DNA of 64,000 bases, taken from contig NC_086108.1 in the NCBI RefSeq assembly GCF_963921235.1, positions 24,614,001 to 24,678,000 of the forward strand, in the 5' to 3' direction. The stretch is from Mobula hypostoma. Its lineage: Eukaryota. The position numbers and the translations under genes are program-made. The notes beneath the pieces are model-generated. The model did not search any database and was not told the origin of the DNA. It worked only from the letters and a program-made list of their open reading frames with translations. Positions 35,191 through 48,390 of this stretch are shown in pieces; the stretch's first letter is position 1, and every line of letters begins with the position of its first letter.

Positions 35191-38100
35191 GATAAAATGA
35201 TGCATCTCACACCATAACAATAACCTTTTCTTGATGATTGTGGATGTGCATAAGATACCAGACGATGCTTTACTAATGGATGAAGTCATCACCATGAATG
35301 TGTATAATATTTTCGCCACAGTATCCAGACTAATTACTAGATTCCTGACAAGCCATGGATATGCAGAGTCTGTGCCTGCTTTTAGTAACTTGTTTGCCCT
35401 TCACAGACAACTAAAACTATAACAATATCAAGTTATCAAATATCAAGTTATTAAATATCAGAAGGATTGTCACTCTAATATAAGTTTAAGATGGCACTAT
35501 ATAAATATTACAAGCAGTTTTCAATAAAATGAAACCTAGCAATTCGGTTCTGCCTTTGCTTTCTTTCTTTTTCAAACTATCTCAGTTTTTAAATCTATAC
35601 CATAAAGCCTGTTCTCAGGGAAGTGATCTCACTTACCTACATTGGGAAGAGGACAATGAGACCTATAAGCTTAATTTCCAGCCCATTCTTCCATACTGAA
35701 TTTTGGCTAGCTGCTGAACCAGTCTTTAGTGTGAGGGCATAAATGATCATTCCTTCTGATAAAGTTAAAGACATAAAAGCCAATTCTGCCTAGTCTGCAC
35801 AAGTTTAATGCACCAGTAGCTGATTCCAAACATCCTGTTAAGTGTAAGCAACAAGAATAGGCACAATTGCAGCCATCCATCAATGGAACAGACATGACAT
35901 AAAGAACAGAAACAGCTCACAAATTCAGCAGCTCAGTACTGCTCTTTGCAGCACATGGCAATAAAATAATCTAACTTTCTCCTCCAAGGGGAATGTGATT
36001 ATGATGATTTCTAGGTTGAATTATGCCACACTGGATATCTGACAAGATTGCATTTACGATTACTGCATTTTCCTACCTCAGATAGAAACAGATTTAATGC
36101 TGCCATTCTAAATGCAATGCTCAGCTGAAAGGTTGTTGAAGAAAGGAGGTGAGCAGCACCATTTAAAGAGGATCTCTTTGAGCAGATGCAGCTTGGAACA
36201 GAGAACCTGGCTCAGGAGACCCTCTAAAACTTTATTAATCACCTGTACTTTTCTGGCACTGCCACCTTCCCCAAACAGAACCCTGCTCACTATGTTCAGT
36301 CAGCTCTTCCAATTGACTGATCTCAGGCTCTGACCTGACAGCCTCTCTTCATCTTTGAGCTTTAATGCATAATTTTCTCTGATCTTGATCTGATAGCCAC
36401 TTTTGTAACAACCCCACAACTTGAAACCCTGGTGAGGATTAGTCCTGACCACCTCCAGACCACAATCCCAACACCCAACCTTTGTAACCCAAAGCTGCCC
36501 ACTCCTGAACATATCTATTATCCATTCCTTGAAATGGTACAGTATAGAAAGGAATTTGGTAGATTATTTCAATCATGCTTTGTTGACACCTATGAATATG
36601 CAAGTTGTGGCATCCTTTTCACAAATTTGCTGTTGTTTTTAAAGATAAAATTTTCTCCGAAATTGAATGGAGTGTTTTTATCTGTTTCAACACCAGAATC
36701 AAATGTTGCTGAATTAAAATAACAGTGTTTTGTTCTAATATTTCAGTATAAAATATTTCTGGCAATTTCAGAACAATTTTGGCAGAAATTAGCAACTGTG
36801 CCAGAGGCAAGCAGAACATAAAACAAGTTACATCAGGAACAGTGGACAACTGATTAAATCTGAAAACAAACTCACAGTTAAAATAAACAATTTTTCAAAA
36901 ACAATTTTACAGCATAATTTTGTCATTTCTTCAAATTATATTGCTTTGGAATTTAATATTCATTCATTTGTTACATTGTAAGATTGTCAGAGTGAACAAA
37001 CAGTGAGTATGTACAAGGCAATCCACCCTGCAATGTATTAATTTCTATGTATGTTTCAAATGTGACATTACTGGTTTCACAGAATGATGAAACTCCATGT
37101 TCCCAAAATTGTAAGGTTGTGGTGGAAAATAATAAATCCTCTGTGAGTTTGAACCAGCTGCAGAGGTCAGACAAATGGAACATTATTAATATAAAAGATG
37201 ACTTGGAAACAACAAATGCTAAAAAAGGATAGGTTTAGTATTGTAAACATTATTCTTCACAGCCTTTGTCTCTGCGCACAGTTGGTACCAGTCACTGTCC
37301 TGTGGAATTTCACACTGTGCCAGAACAAGGTAACAGGAAGAGAACTGAAGATAATAAGGCATATTTCAATTGTTTCATTTTTATACATTGTGTCATTATT
37401 TTTATTGCAATACTTTAAGATTCATTTACAGGTAAATAACATTTAGAATGACCTGGGAAATTGGGGATTAACATAGTGCATTGGGGAGAACAGAGACAAA
37501 GTGCTTTAAATTTAATTTGTACTTTCCTTTTAAAATATGAAGAATGGTATATCTAATGAGCCAAAGTTCACAAACATGTGGCAGCGTAAATCATGGTCAG
37601 AAAGTACACACAACTTCAATCCATGAAACAGTGCTAATCTCTGAAATTCTGTTCTCTTTTATCCCTGGCATTCTTGGAATACAAACAGAAGTCAATGTAA
37701 AAGAGAAGTTGTTTTTAAAAAAACTCTATCTCTCAATTCTCAGGACCTTTTGGTATGCCTTAACAAAGGCCAAAGGCAAAACATCACAACAGCAAACATC
37801 TGACAGAAATTTCCACTAGCCAATGTTTGTGTTAGAGTCAGCCCAGTGACAGTATTCTCATCCACGAACTACATGGCTGTAAATCACAAGGTGATTTTAC
37901 AAGTTCAGGCCTATAGTCATGCATGAATGCTGCACTGTTGGACCATTTCAACACTAACACTAAATCAAGGCTCCAAATCAGCCCGACCTAAAGATTTTTC
38001 AAAGGACGCAGTGTTCAGCAACCTGGCCAACTTTCATCTCTCAGCAAAGTATTCTGAAATGTATTTTTTGCTCATTTAACTTGTTGCAGTTTGATGGAAA

Positions 38101-38844
38101 TTACGGTTCCCATGTGGACCTTCATGTGTCCTGATAACAATACTGACTGCAATTCAAAATCACAATGAGATCTCTAGTTGTTCAATAGTGTTCTGTTTAA
38201 ATATAATTTTATTTTTAATTCAGGAGTGAAGCAGTACTCAAGGATAAGATAGGATAGAACACAATCGATCCAGCTGGAGTAAGACTCTAAGGCATAGGAG
38301 GTGAATTAGGCCATTCAACCCATTGAGTCTGCTCTGCCATTCAATCATAACTTATTTTTTTTGCTCTCAACCCGGTTCTCCTGTCTTTTCCCTGTAACCT
38401 TTGACACCCTTACTAATCAAGAACCTATCAATCTCCACATTAAATATGCCCAATCCCTTGGCCTCTGCATCTGTCAGTGGTAATGAATTCCAGATTCATC
38501 ACCCTCAGGCCGATTCTGAGAAATAAAGCAATTGTTTCCCTGATTCTTCTTAATTTCACAAGGTTTTACTGCCTATCCGTTCTCTCTACTGACTAGAGCT
38601 TTGAAAGTGGACATAAGCTGATACTGTTCATTAAAAATGGAATCCTCAACTGGTCCAAAAACGAAGTGGTTGAAAACATAATAGCAAACTTGAATGTAAG
38701 GACACTAAAGCTATCCAGATTTTGAGGCTACTAGTGTCACACAGCTTGTCAAAATAAACATTAACTTCCCTTCCAATATTAGAAAGCCACTTGGTAGTGT
38801 TCAGTCAGGAACATCTCCAGGAATGCCACACTTTTATTGGATCT

Positions 38845-39120
38845 TTTTTATAAATTGAGATACACCGTGGAGTAGGCCCTTCCGACCCTGCATGCCGCAC
38901 CACCCAGCAACCCCTGATTTAATCCTAACCTAATCACAAGAAAACTTATAATGATGAATTAATCTACCAACTGGTAGGTCTGAGACTGTGGGGGGAAACT
39001 GGAGCACCCAGGGGAAACCACACAGTCACAGGGAGAACGTACAAAGTCCTCCCAGGCAGCGGTAGGGATCAATCCTGCATCGCTGTGTTGTGCTAACCAC
39101 TACACAATCGTGCTGTAGAC
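38845..39120 (-). mobile_element. SINE (V-SINE-like)
   Basis: GTGGGGGGAAACTGGAGCACCCAGGGGAAACCACACAGTCACAGGGAGAACGTACAAA is the reverse V-domain. Confidence 0.65.
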
Positions 39121-40469
39121 ACTGAAAATAGACATAATGAAACACAAAGATGACACTTCCTCTGACATGTGTGGATAAGACCTGAAGTAGTAAAGAACGG
39201 AAGGGTAGAGTAGGTGTGTTCAGCAATTTAGTCTCCCTTGTATGCTCAAGACTCACAAATTCAAAAATATCCTAGAAACCTTATTATTAAGTTGTGATTG
39301 GCAGCAAAATTCATTCTCAGATATTAAAAAGACTGGTTAATTGATGGCAACAAATCTTATCTTTAAAGATAACATATAAAGATTGGCAAGTTACTCAGCT
39401 GTCACACCAGCCTTGTCAGATTTTATGATTCAACTTTGATGATCGGGAGATACTTTTTTATAGTTCACCTCTTCAGGTAGTCTCTTCACAGCAGATGTAG
39501 AAATAAGCCTTCGCAAGATTTGTTTATCAGGACAGTCATAGGTTATTGATTCAAACTGTTCAGTTACATAAGTCAATTAATGTGTGTCAACTAGCCATTG
39601 AAGTGTTTGAGAACAGGAGAGTAGGGAGCACATTGTGTTTTTGTGTGGGAGTGGACTCAGAATTGAGGATTAAATTGAAACAGATAAACTACATTGATTC
39701 ATTAGCAACATCTACATTTCAGAAAAGTGGACAGCCAAAACACAGAACACACAAGAACAAAATTCTGTCAGCCCGTCACTTAATTTATGAAATAATTATG
39801 CTCATTAGTCTCATATTATTCAACTATTAATTCATCTTTCATGGTGATTATTTCCAGCACTGAAGCATTCACAAACAATTCCTGATTTCATTTAGAATGT
39901 GGTGGTGAACCCAATTCATAAACTGCTCTTGTCCCAGTGCAAACACTCCTTCAGTGCTCTACAAAATGAAATTCCAGGATGCAGAACCAGCAAAAAGGAA
40001 GAAAGAAAAATGAAATTTGTAACACACGGTCACAAATCAGGAGAGTCTGACACACTACTTTTATCATTCTTAATGTTCAGAAATTGTGGGCTTGAGAGGT
40101 ACTGCGGAACTAACCCAGTTGATAACTAGGGTGTGATGACTGAAGGAATTAGAGTGGTGGATAGAATACCTGCTTGGTACTGGATGACATACAGCTTAGC
40201 ATATTGTGAAAACTGCACACACCTGGGCAAAAGGAATCTACTCTCCTCAACTGTGTCTGGTAGAAAGTGGAACAATATTATGATGTCAAGCAGGTGACTC
40301 ACTCACCTCTGCCCTGTACCTGTAACCTAGTATTTGTGTGGCAATTTGAGTTTACGGTCAATAGTGTCCCCCAAGATGCTGATGCTGGGGTAGATATGGA
40401 TAGTAATCACTTCGAACACCAAGGGTGGGTAGTTAGACACTCTAACAATATTGAGATATACTGTATCAG

Positions 40470-41270
40470 TTAGTTGAGTGGTTTTGCAGTGTCAGCAAGA
40501 CCAAAGAGCTGATTGCAGAATTTAGAAAGGATAAGACAAGGGAACACAAACCAATCCTCATAGAAGGATCAGAAATGGAAAGAGTTAAGTGAGCAATTTC
40601 AAGTTTTTGTGCGTCAATATCTCTGAGGACCTAATCTGGCCTCAACATATTAATGTAGCTATAAAGAAAGCAAGACAGTGCCTATATTTCATTCAGAGTA
40701 TTAGGAGATCTGGTTTGTTAACTAAAACACTCAAAAACTTCTACAAATGTACCATGGAGAGCATTCTGACGGGCTGCAATCGTTGTCTGATATGGGCGGG
40801 GCTACTGCACAAGATTGAAGTAAGTTGCAGAAACTTGTAAAATTAGTCAGCTCGATCATGGTACGTCATATCCAATACATCTTCAATGAGTGGTGCCTTA
40901 GGAGGCGGCATCAATTATTATGGACTCCTACCACCATCATGCCCTCTTCTTGTTGTTACCATTGGGAAGGAGGTACAGAAGCCCAAAGAAACACACTCAG
41001 CAATTCAGGAACAGCCTCTTTCCCTCTGCCATCCGATTTCTAAATGTACATTGAAATCATGAACACTACCTCACTACTTTTTAATTTTTATGTCTTTTTA
41101 CTACTTTTATGTCTTTTATTTTGCAATAATTATTTTAACTATTTTATACATATATATATTTACTGTAATTCAGTTTTTTTCTCTATATTTATTTATCATG
41201 TTCTGCTGCTGTGAAGTTAATGAATTTCATGACATATGCCAGTGATATTAAATCTGATTCTGATTCTGAT
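40470..41270 (+). mobile_element. Rex1-like LINE 3' fragment
   Basis: SNFKFLCVNISEDL.W..HI...KKARQCLYFI...KNFYKCTMESILTGC, ending in a (TGATTC)n tail. Confidence 0.7.
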
Positions 41271-43431
41271 TTTTGCAAATGATTCTTATATTTTGCAGTA
41301 TAAATGTTACTTGCTACTTTGTAGCTGATGCCTAGATTTTGTCCAAATCTTCTGAGTATTTCCAGGATTTCAAGACCAAGATCCACAAGCTGCCCAAATT
41401 CCAGAACCAGTCCTTCACTCTTAAAACCCAAGTGTCTCATTCTTAGCAAATTAATGCCTGAACCTCCACAGCTACTTAGGATACAAAAGATTCACAGTCT
41501 CGAGAAGGAATATCTCAATATTTCAGACCTAATTGATCTAGGCTTTATTTTGAGAATGGTGTTTTTTTTCAGTTCTTAACTCCTTAGCCAGAGGCAACAT
41601 CCTTTCTGTATCTACCATGTCAAGCTCCCAAAGAATTTTTCTTATGTTGGAATGAGGTCATCCCCTATTCAAAACTCTGAGTGGATTAAGCCTCCATTTA
41701 ACTTCACCTTTGGCATGTAACAGCATTCATGGACGTGGTATACCATTAAACAAGGAGCTTTTCAATATAACTGGATCCTAATCATGAGGACTAATTTATT
41801 ACTTGTTGTTTTGGATACTTATGTTGTGCTTAAAACAAAGTGATCTCTCACTAACATTTCAATTTCCACATCTAAAAGCTGAATATTTATTCTACCAAAA
41901 AGCAAGCTGCTTACTAATGCAAACAGAATTACTATCAGAATAAGCAGTTTAAATGTACAATTCTATGGAGCTTCAAGTTTCAAAAGTCAAAAACAAGATA
42001 TCTTCAAATGACATATGGCAATCTGCAGCATATGCTTCCTGAGATTTTTTTTAAACACGTCATCTAAAAAAGATACGAGAGGCATAATTTGCATGAAACT
42101 ACACACATACTGTTGTAAACTGGTTTTACTCTCTTTGCCCACCAAGTTAGTGGTGAGGAACAAGTGAGAAATTCTGGTTTCCAAGTTGCTGAATTTCATC
42201 AAGTGATTGTTGTAGGCATTCATCTCTCTGTGGTGCCCAAATAGATTCTGCACAAAAAGCTGTCAAACTACTTTCCTAACCTTTTGGCATGCACCAGCTT
42301 ATGTGTGTATTGTGGAGATATAGCTTGTTACACCAAACTCTGCAAAGCTGGCAAATTGTTATTAGTCAATTTCACACAGAGACACAATGGGTGCACAATG
42401 ATTGGGATTACTAAATTAAAGATTCAATTGGAGAATTTTCAGCCTGGGTCCTGAAACTAATAACAAATTCAGCATTTTCAGCCAACTTTGATTTGAGATG
42501 TCACTTCTGCTGCCCAACAAAGATAAACACCCTGCCAAGACACATACATGAAAAATGTCCACTTGAGTGGGAGTCCACATGAAGATGCAGCCTGCAAAAT
42601 AACCTTCAGAAGAGGATAACAGAAAATTAGATGTACTTCATTTATAGTGGGGGTAGGTGGTTGGGGAAAAGTGGGAATGATGTCTGTCCAATACCTGGCT
42701 TGCAAACACCAAACTGAAATATAGAAGATTTGAATCCAACACTTCTAGTTGCCAGCCTTCTTCCCATTCAATCCTATCTTGCCATGGCTTTGCACCTTAC
42801 TGTCAACTTGCAGTGTACCTTCAGTAACAGTAACAGTTTATTCTGGATTTTGTTATTCTTTCCTATTGTACTACCTCAATTTATTGGTTTCATGAAATGA
42901 TCAACTTGGATGGCATGCAAAGCTGCTTTTTCCACTGTACCAGGATACATGTGATAAAATTAAATAAATTTCCCAATCCCTGCAGACACTGGAAACTTGA
43001 AATGAAAATAGAAGATGCTGGAGAGGCCCAGCAAGACAGGCAACATCTGCAGTGAGACAGTAACAGACTGAAATACTATTAACTAGCAAATAATGTACCA
43101 AGGCATACAGTATGTCGATGTAAAGGGAAAGTTTATAACCGTGCACTTTTGGAACATATCTGCCAAAACTTCCCTAATTGCAAGCCTACATTCCAGAACT
43201 ACTGGCACAAATAGAAAGGAATTAAACATTTGAAAGCTATGCAAAATTTACAGTCCAGAATTGTTATTTTTACAACAGAAACCAAATGGAAAGGATGATA
43301 GAACAAAAGATTGTATGCTATCTTTACGCTCTCAAACTGCCTTGTCCTAGAGATTCATGATAACCACCATCGTGATCATGAACAAGGTCATGATAAACTT
43401 TATAGCAGAATAATAAATGAACTCCACTTAC

Positions 43432-43582
43432 CACACAACCACTTGAATCAAGCTTGCGATCAGAGATACAGCAGAAGTTTCTGCTGCAGCCCCCATTATC
43501 CTTGGTGCAATCTCTTACAGGACCGAAAGAATCAAGAAGGACCTCAAGGCTATCGAAGGAAGCAGAGATCATGGCTTCTTCT
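43432..43582 (-). CDS. ASTN1: Internal coding exon of astrotactin-1 (start of an EGF-like domain)
   Basis: 151-bp exon flanked by polypyrimidine/ctacAG acceptor and GTAAGT donor. Translates (R)[50 protein letters not shown], matching recalled human ASTN1 [51 protein letters not shown] better than ASTN2. Confidence 0.93.
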
Positions 43583-44479
43583 CTGTAGAAAAAAAATTAA
43601 ACCAGAAAAGATAAATAACATGGCATTGAATATCGATCGTAAAGTAAAAGAAATGAACTGACATTGTTTTAGTCTGTGTTTATTGTGAAAAATTGAGTTT
43701 TCTCTCCACTTTCAGACATGCAATCAATTTTCCATTCAAAATAAAAGGGAAAATAGCTGGAAATTCTAATATAAGCAAACTCACCAACCCCTTATTGAGG
43801 TTTGTGCTTACTTTTCCTTCAAATCAGAACTTACGCTGAAAGAAAATTAAGCATGTGTAAATGTACTTGAATAATTACATTGTAAATTAAATTGTTTTAA
43901 ATATAAATGAAGGTCTGGGGTGTAGTGAATCTTCAGACATAAGTTATTTTGTCTGGGTTATATCTCAGAAAGTAGACAAAAGATTTCTTTTAAAATTCTG
44001 TTTCTTGGTGATAACTGTTGCAAATGAATACGGTGAATTTCTATAGATATTTTGAAATGTTAAAAAGAATTGTCAAGGATTTTAGTATTACATAGGAACA
44101 ATAAGTATCCAAAATAAATATTCATCACATTGTTGTATTTGAAGTATTTAATGTTCAAAGGAATAAATCTGGTTAAAAGGGTAGGAACAGCAACAGAGTT
44201 TGATGCCCAGAGACATTGTTTATTCAGCAGTCCAAGGTCAATCTGAAGCTGTAAAACAGATACACACTGAAAAGAAGTTTATGACAGGTTGTTCATGAAA
44301 CTTTGACAGTTCTAGATCCTCTGTGCTAACTCCAGCTAGGGAAGCTTCAGTCTTAGACTTCCCTCTTTCCTGCATAACTGATGCTGTGCCAGTATTACAA
44401 GGTCCGGGATCGTTGACAGAGCACTTAACAGCATCTAATCTAATTCCTGCAACTCTGCTCTCACCCGTTTATTCTTACC

Positions 44480-45370
44480 TCACAAAGAGTGGGGATAGTG
44501 TCTATGTCCAGAGGACCATGCTGTGCAATTTCTGGCACCTTCCTTTCCCCTTATTGCACTCTGAGTGGATCATTCCTTTCTTGCTTCCTGGCAAGTTCTT
44601 CCTTTTCCACCAACCAATCCCTTTCTCACAGCACTTTCTCATTCAATGACAAAAGATGAACCACCTGTCCTTCTTACCTTTTCTATTTCCATCATTCAGG
44701 GGCCTGAAAAGTGTTTCCAAGTGAACAAGTGTTTCATTTACATTTGCATCAATCTCCTGTTCTCGTTGTGACTTTCCCTTCTTTGGAGAAACCATACACA
44801 AAAGCAGTAACCACAGCGGTGACCTAGAACCAATTTAATTCCCTATCTCAGTCCTACTCTAACCTGCCTGTAGCCACCTTGTACTTGTTATAATGAAGCC
44901 TAAGTCAGCTTCAGGAAATGTACCGCATTTTGCAGCTGGTCATATCACAGCCTTCCCAAATTGATTTCAACCACTTCAGCTATTTTGCTTTCTGTTTTTG
45001 TATCAGGGTTGGCTGGTTCTCCTGCAGAACATCCTTTTGTATGATTAGGTCAGTTTTTCTCCTTCCACTAACAGAGCCTGACCTGCTCTGCAATTAGTTA
45101 ACTTTTTCATTTCTTTGCTTGTGTTTTCTCCATCTATTCTCATGAATCAATCAACCAGAAATTTTCACCTACAGCTCATCACCATGGCAACCATGGCCTC
45201 ACCTTTCTCTTTGCCCTGTGCATCCTCTCACCAGCTTCCAACAAATTAAAAGTAACATCTTCTCTCTTCCCCTGTTATGAACTTGAATCTTTGATCTGAA
45301 ACAAATGCCACCTGACCTGAGTGTCTGCAATACTTTTGTTTTTATTTCAGATTGCAATATTTCTGTTATT
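44480..45370 (+). mobile_element. Old Penelope-like element remnant (GIY-YIG region and terminal repeat)
   Basis: IQGPEKCFQV..CF...FGET resembles the PLE GIY-YIG segment. Degenerate ...CTGAAAC...GCCACCTGACCTGAG repeat at 45280-45350. Confidence 0.55.
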
Positions 45371-45729
45371 AGTTTTATTGCAGTGGCCATTCAATTTAAA
45401 TAAAATTATAATGTTCATAAAAAATTAACGATGTATCTCATAATTAAACTTATTCAACAATACATAATTATTACTTGTACATAGTAACCATTTAATCAAA
45501 ACATTCCACTCCTTTTCCAGTCCAAATGGGTTCAACCTCTGACTGACAACTTTTGAACAGAATGTCAGCTCTGTTTAGTTGAAATGAAATTATAAGCTTT
45601 TATTCTCCCTCATAATCAACTTTACCGAGCCATCTTTCAAGGCTGTTTACCGGGTTAGCAAGTAAAAAACTGTGGAACAACCAAGTTTTAATAAGACATC
45701 GTCTGCATCAGAGTCTAACATTTGGATGG

Positions 45730-45970
45730 AACTGTGGCACAGCTAGCAGAGCTGCTGTCTCAAAGTGATGGTAACACCAGTTCAATCCTCACCTTGGGTG
45801 CAGTGCATGTGGAATTTGCATATTCTCCCTATGATCATGTAGATTTCTTGTAGGTGCTCCTATTTCCTCCAACATTCCAAACACATGTAAATTGTTAGAA
45901 TAATTGGCAGCTGTAAATAGCCCCTAATATGGTGGAATCTACAGTGCATTGAGAAAATGTAAGGGAATGG
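45730..45970 (+). mobile_element. SINE (V-SINE/HE1-like)
   Basis: CAGTTCAATCCT B-box-like site and GTGGAATTTGCATATTCTCCC...GGTGCTCCTATTTCCTCCAACA core. Confidence 0.65.
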
Positions 45971-47150
45971 AAATAATGAAGTATTAAAAGCAGTTGACTT
46001 TATGTTTTATATGTTTCTGGTTACTCCTTTCATTATTGTTGCTATCTTATGTTATTTTGATCAGGGCGGACTGGATCTGTGGCTTACAGTCAATGAATGA
46101 CAGAGCACTAAATTGAACTGACATTCCTGGACTGTTTCAAGGACTCTGTAGTTTGATGTTTTATATTCTGCGAGTTCTCCATTCGTTCTTTTCTGTTTGC
46201 GCGATTTGTTCTTCTTTTGTGCATTGGGTGTTGATGTTTTCTTTGAACGAGGTACATGGTGTTTCTTGTTTCGTGGCTGTCTGTGGGAAGGAGAGTGTCA
46301 GGGTTGTATACTGCATACATACATTGATAATAAGTGTGCTTTGAATCTTTGAATATTTGTTTGGTTTAAATGTGTGGTTCACAGTCGATGCAGACACAGT
46401 GAACCAAAGGGCCTAATTCATGTGCAACTAACAAACTATTTCTATATACTAGTGTGGCAAGAATCCATTCCGAGTAATTGTGCTTAGTACTGAGCACGGT
46501 ATAGCGACACTGCCATCTCCAAAGTGAGCAGCTTTCTCAGCTTTAATAATGCAAAAGCTACCTGCTGATCTAGTAACATGCTTGATGCAGTGGCGGGGGG
46601 TGGTTTTAGTTGATGAATTCTACCAATGCCACAAAAAACTGCTTCCCTTCCAATTAATTTGCAGGTAAAGTCAACTATTTTTAAAATTTGTGAGTCCTAC
46701 ATAGCTGTGCTACAATGATTAGATCCAAGCACAAGGGACCTGAAAGTTAGTCATTGAGAAATTAAGCACAGAAACAGCTCATTTGGCTAATGGAGTCAAC
46801 ACCAATCATCAACCTCCTGTTTACATTAATCCTTCCTACATTAATCCCATTACTTATTCACCCACCATTCCCATCAACTCCCCTGAGATTCTACCACTCA
46901 ATTACACCAGGGTCAGTTTACCATGGCCAATTAATTTACTATTCTGCACATTTGATTGTGAAAGCAAATCAGAGCACCTGGAGGAAATGCACACAAAAAT
47001 GTACAAATGTGCAATCTCCAAACAGATAGCACCAGTCGATGCGGTTTGGGCTGTTGGGCCTTGATGCATGAATGTGGTTTGGAAGTTGTTGAGGGAAAGA
47101 GAGTGGGGAAGGAATGGGATTTGCTGGGAGGGGGTTGTGTGGGTCCGGAA

Positions 47151-48382
47151 ATGGCGGACAAGATGGGGGGGGGCGTTGAGGAAAAGAAAGTGGAGAAGGA
47201 GCGGGATAGGGATTTGGGATCAGAGGTAGGCAGCTGGGGAGAGATGGATTATTGTGAAGGGAGAAATAAAGGGAATGAGGAGGTAGTGAGGGGATGGATG
47301 AATGAAAGCCAAGACAAAGGGAATAAAAGAATAAGAAATGATGGTGGAGAAAGCTCTGAAAGTGAGGAAGATGAACAAGCTCAGAGAGGAGGTGTTGTCA
47401 TAATTAGGTTTAATGAGAAGGCTCAGGGACATATGAAGAAAATTAACCCATCTGTGCTAACAACAACTCTGGCAAATAAGGTAGTGGAAATAGTATTTGC
47501 AAAAGTCCTTAATGATGGCAACTTATTGGTAAGATATGCGAATAAGGAACAACTTGAGAGAGCACTCAAGCTAAAAAAGATAGGAAAATGCAAGGTGGAA
47601 TACACAGGGAGGGTGGGAGTACAAAATAGTGGTTGTAAAGGAGTGATCATGGGGGTACGAATGAGTATAAATATGGAGGCGTTAAAGAGGAATATCAAAG
47701 GAGGGAAAGTAATGAATGTTCAAAGACTGAAAACAACAAAGGAGGTAATGAAAAAGGAAAGTGAATCAGTATTGATTGAATTTGAAGAAGCAAGAGTGCC
47801 AAGGAAGGTGTTCCTGGGTTTCATGAGTACCCAGTAAGGGTGTATGTTCCAAAGCCACTGAGGTGCTATAATTGTCAAAGGTTTGGACACATAGCTAAAA
47901 ACTGTAAAAGGCAGAGAAGATGTGCTAGCTACGGGGGTGATCATGAATATGGAAAGTGCGGAACAGGAGTGCAACCAAAATGCTGCAATTGTGGAGGATC
48001 TCATAATGTGGCATATAGTGGGTGTGAGGTTATGAGACGGGAGAATAAAATTCAAGAAATAAGAGTGAAAAGAAAGGTCACTTATGCAGAAGCTGTAAGA
48101 ATGTCAAGAGAACAGAACAATGCTCCTAATGAACAGGGAGCAATAGGGATACGAGAGATGCAACAAAGAACAAATGACAGGATTTATGTAGACAAAAAGG
48201 CTCTAGTAACATTTATTGCAGGAGTGATTAATAGTACAGCTGAGGTAAAGTCAAAAAGTGACAAAATTCAGCTGGTGTTAAAAGCAGTGGTAAACCATTT
48301 GGAGTTAGTAGGACTGACATGGGAGGAAGTGAGGGAGAACCTCACTAATCAGTCAAGCCAGGAAGTGTCATGTGTTGGTTAA
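47151..48382 (+). pseudogene. LINE ORF1 (gag-like, three CCHC knuckles), one frameshift near 47828
   Basis: PKPLRCYNCQRFGHIAKNC, CASYGGDHEYGKC, CCNCGGSHNVAYSGC. A one-base loss breaks FMSYPVRVY. Confidence 0.85.
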
Positions 48383-48390
48383 TACTAATT

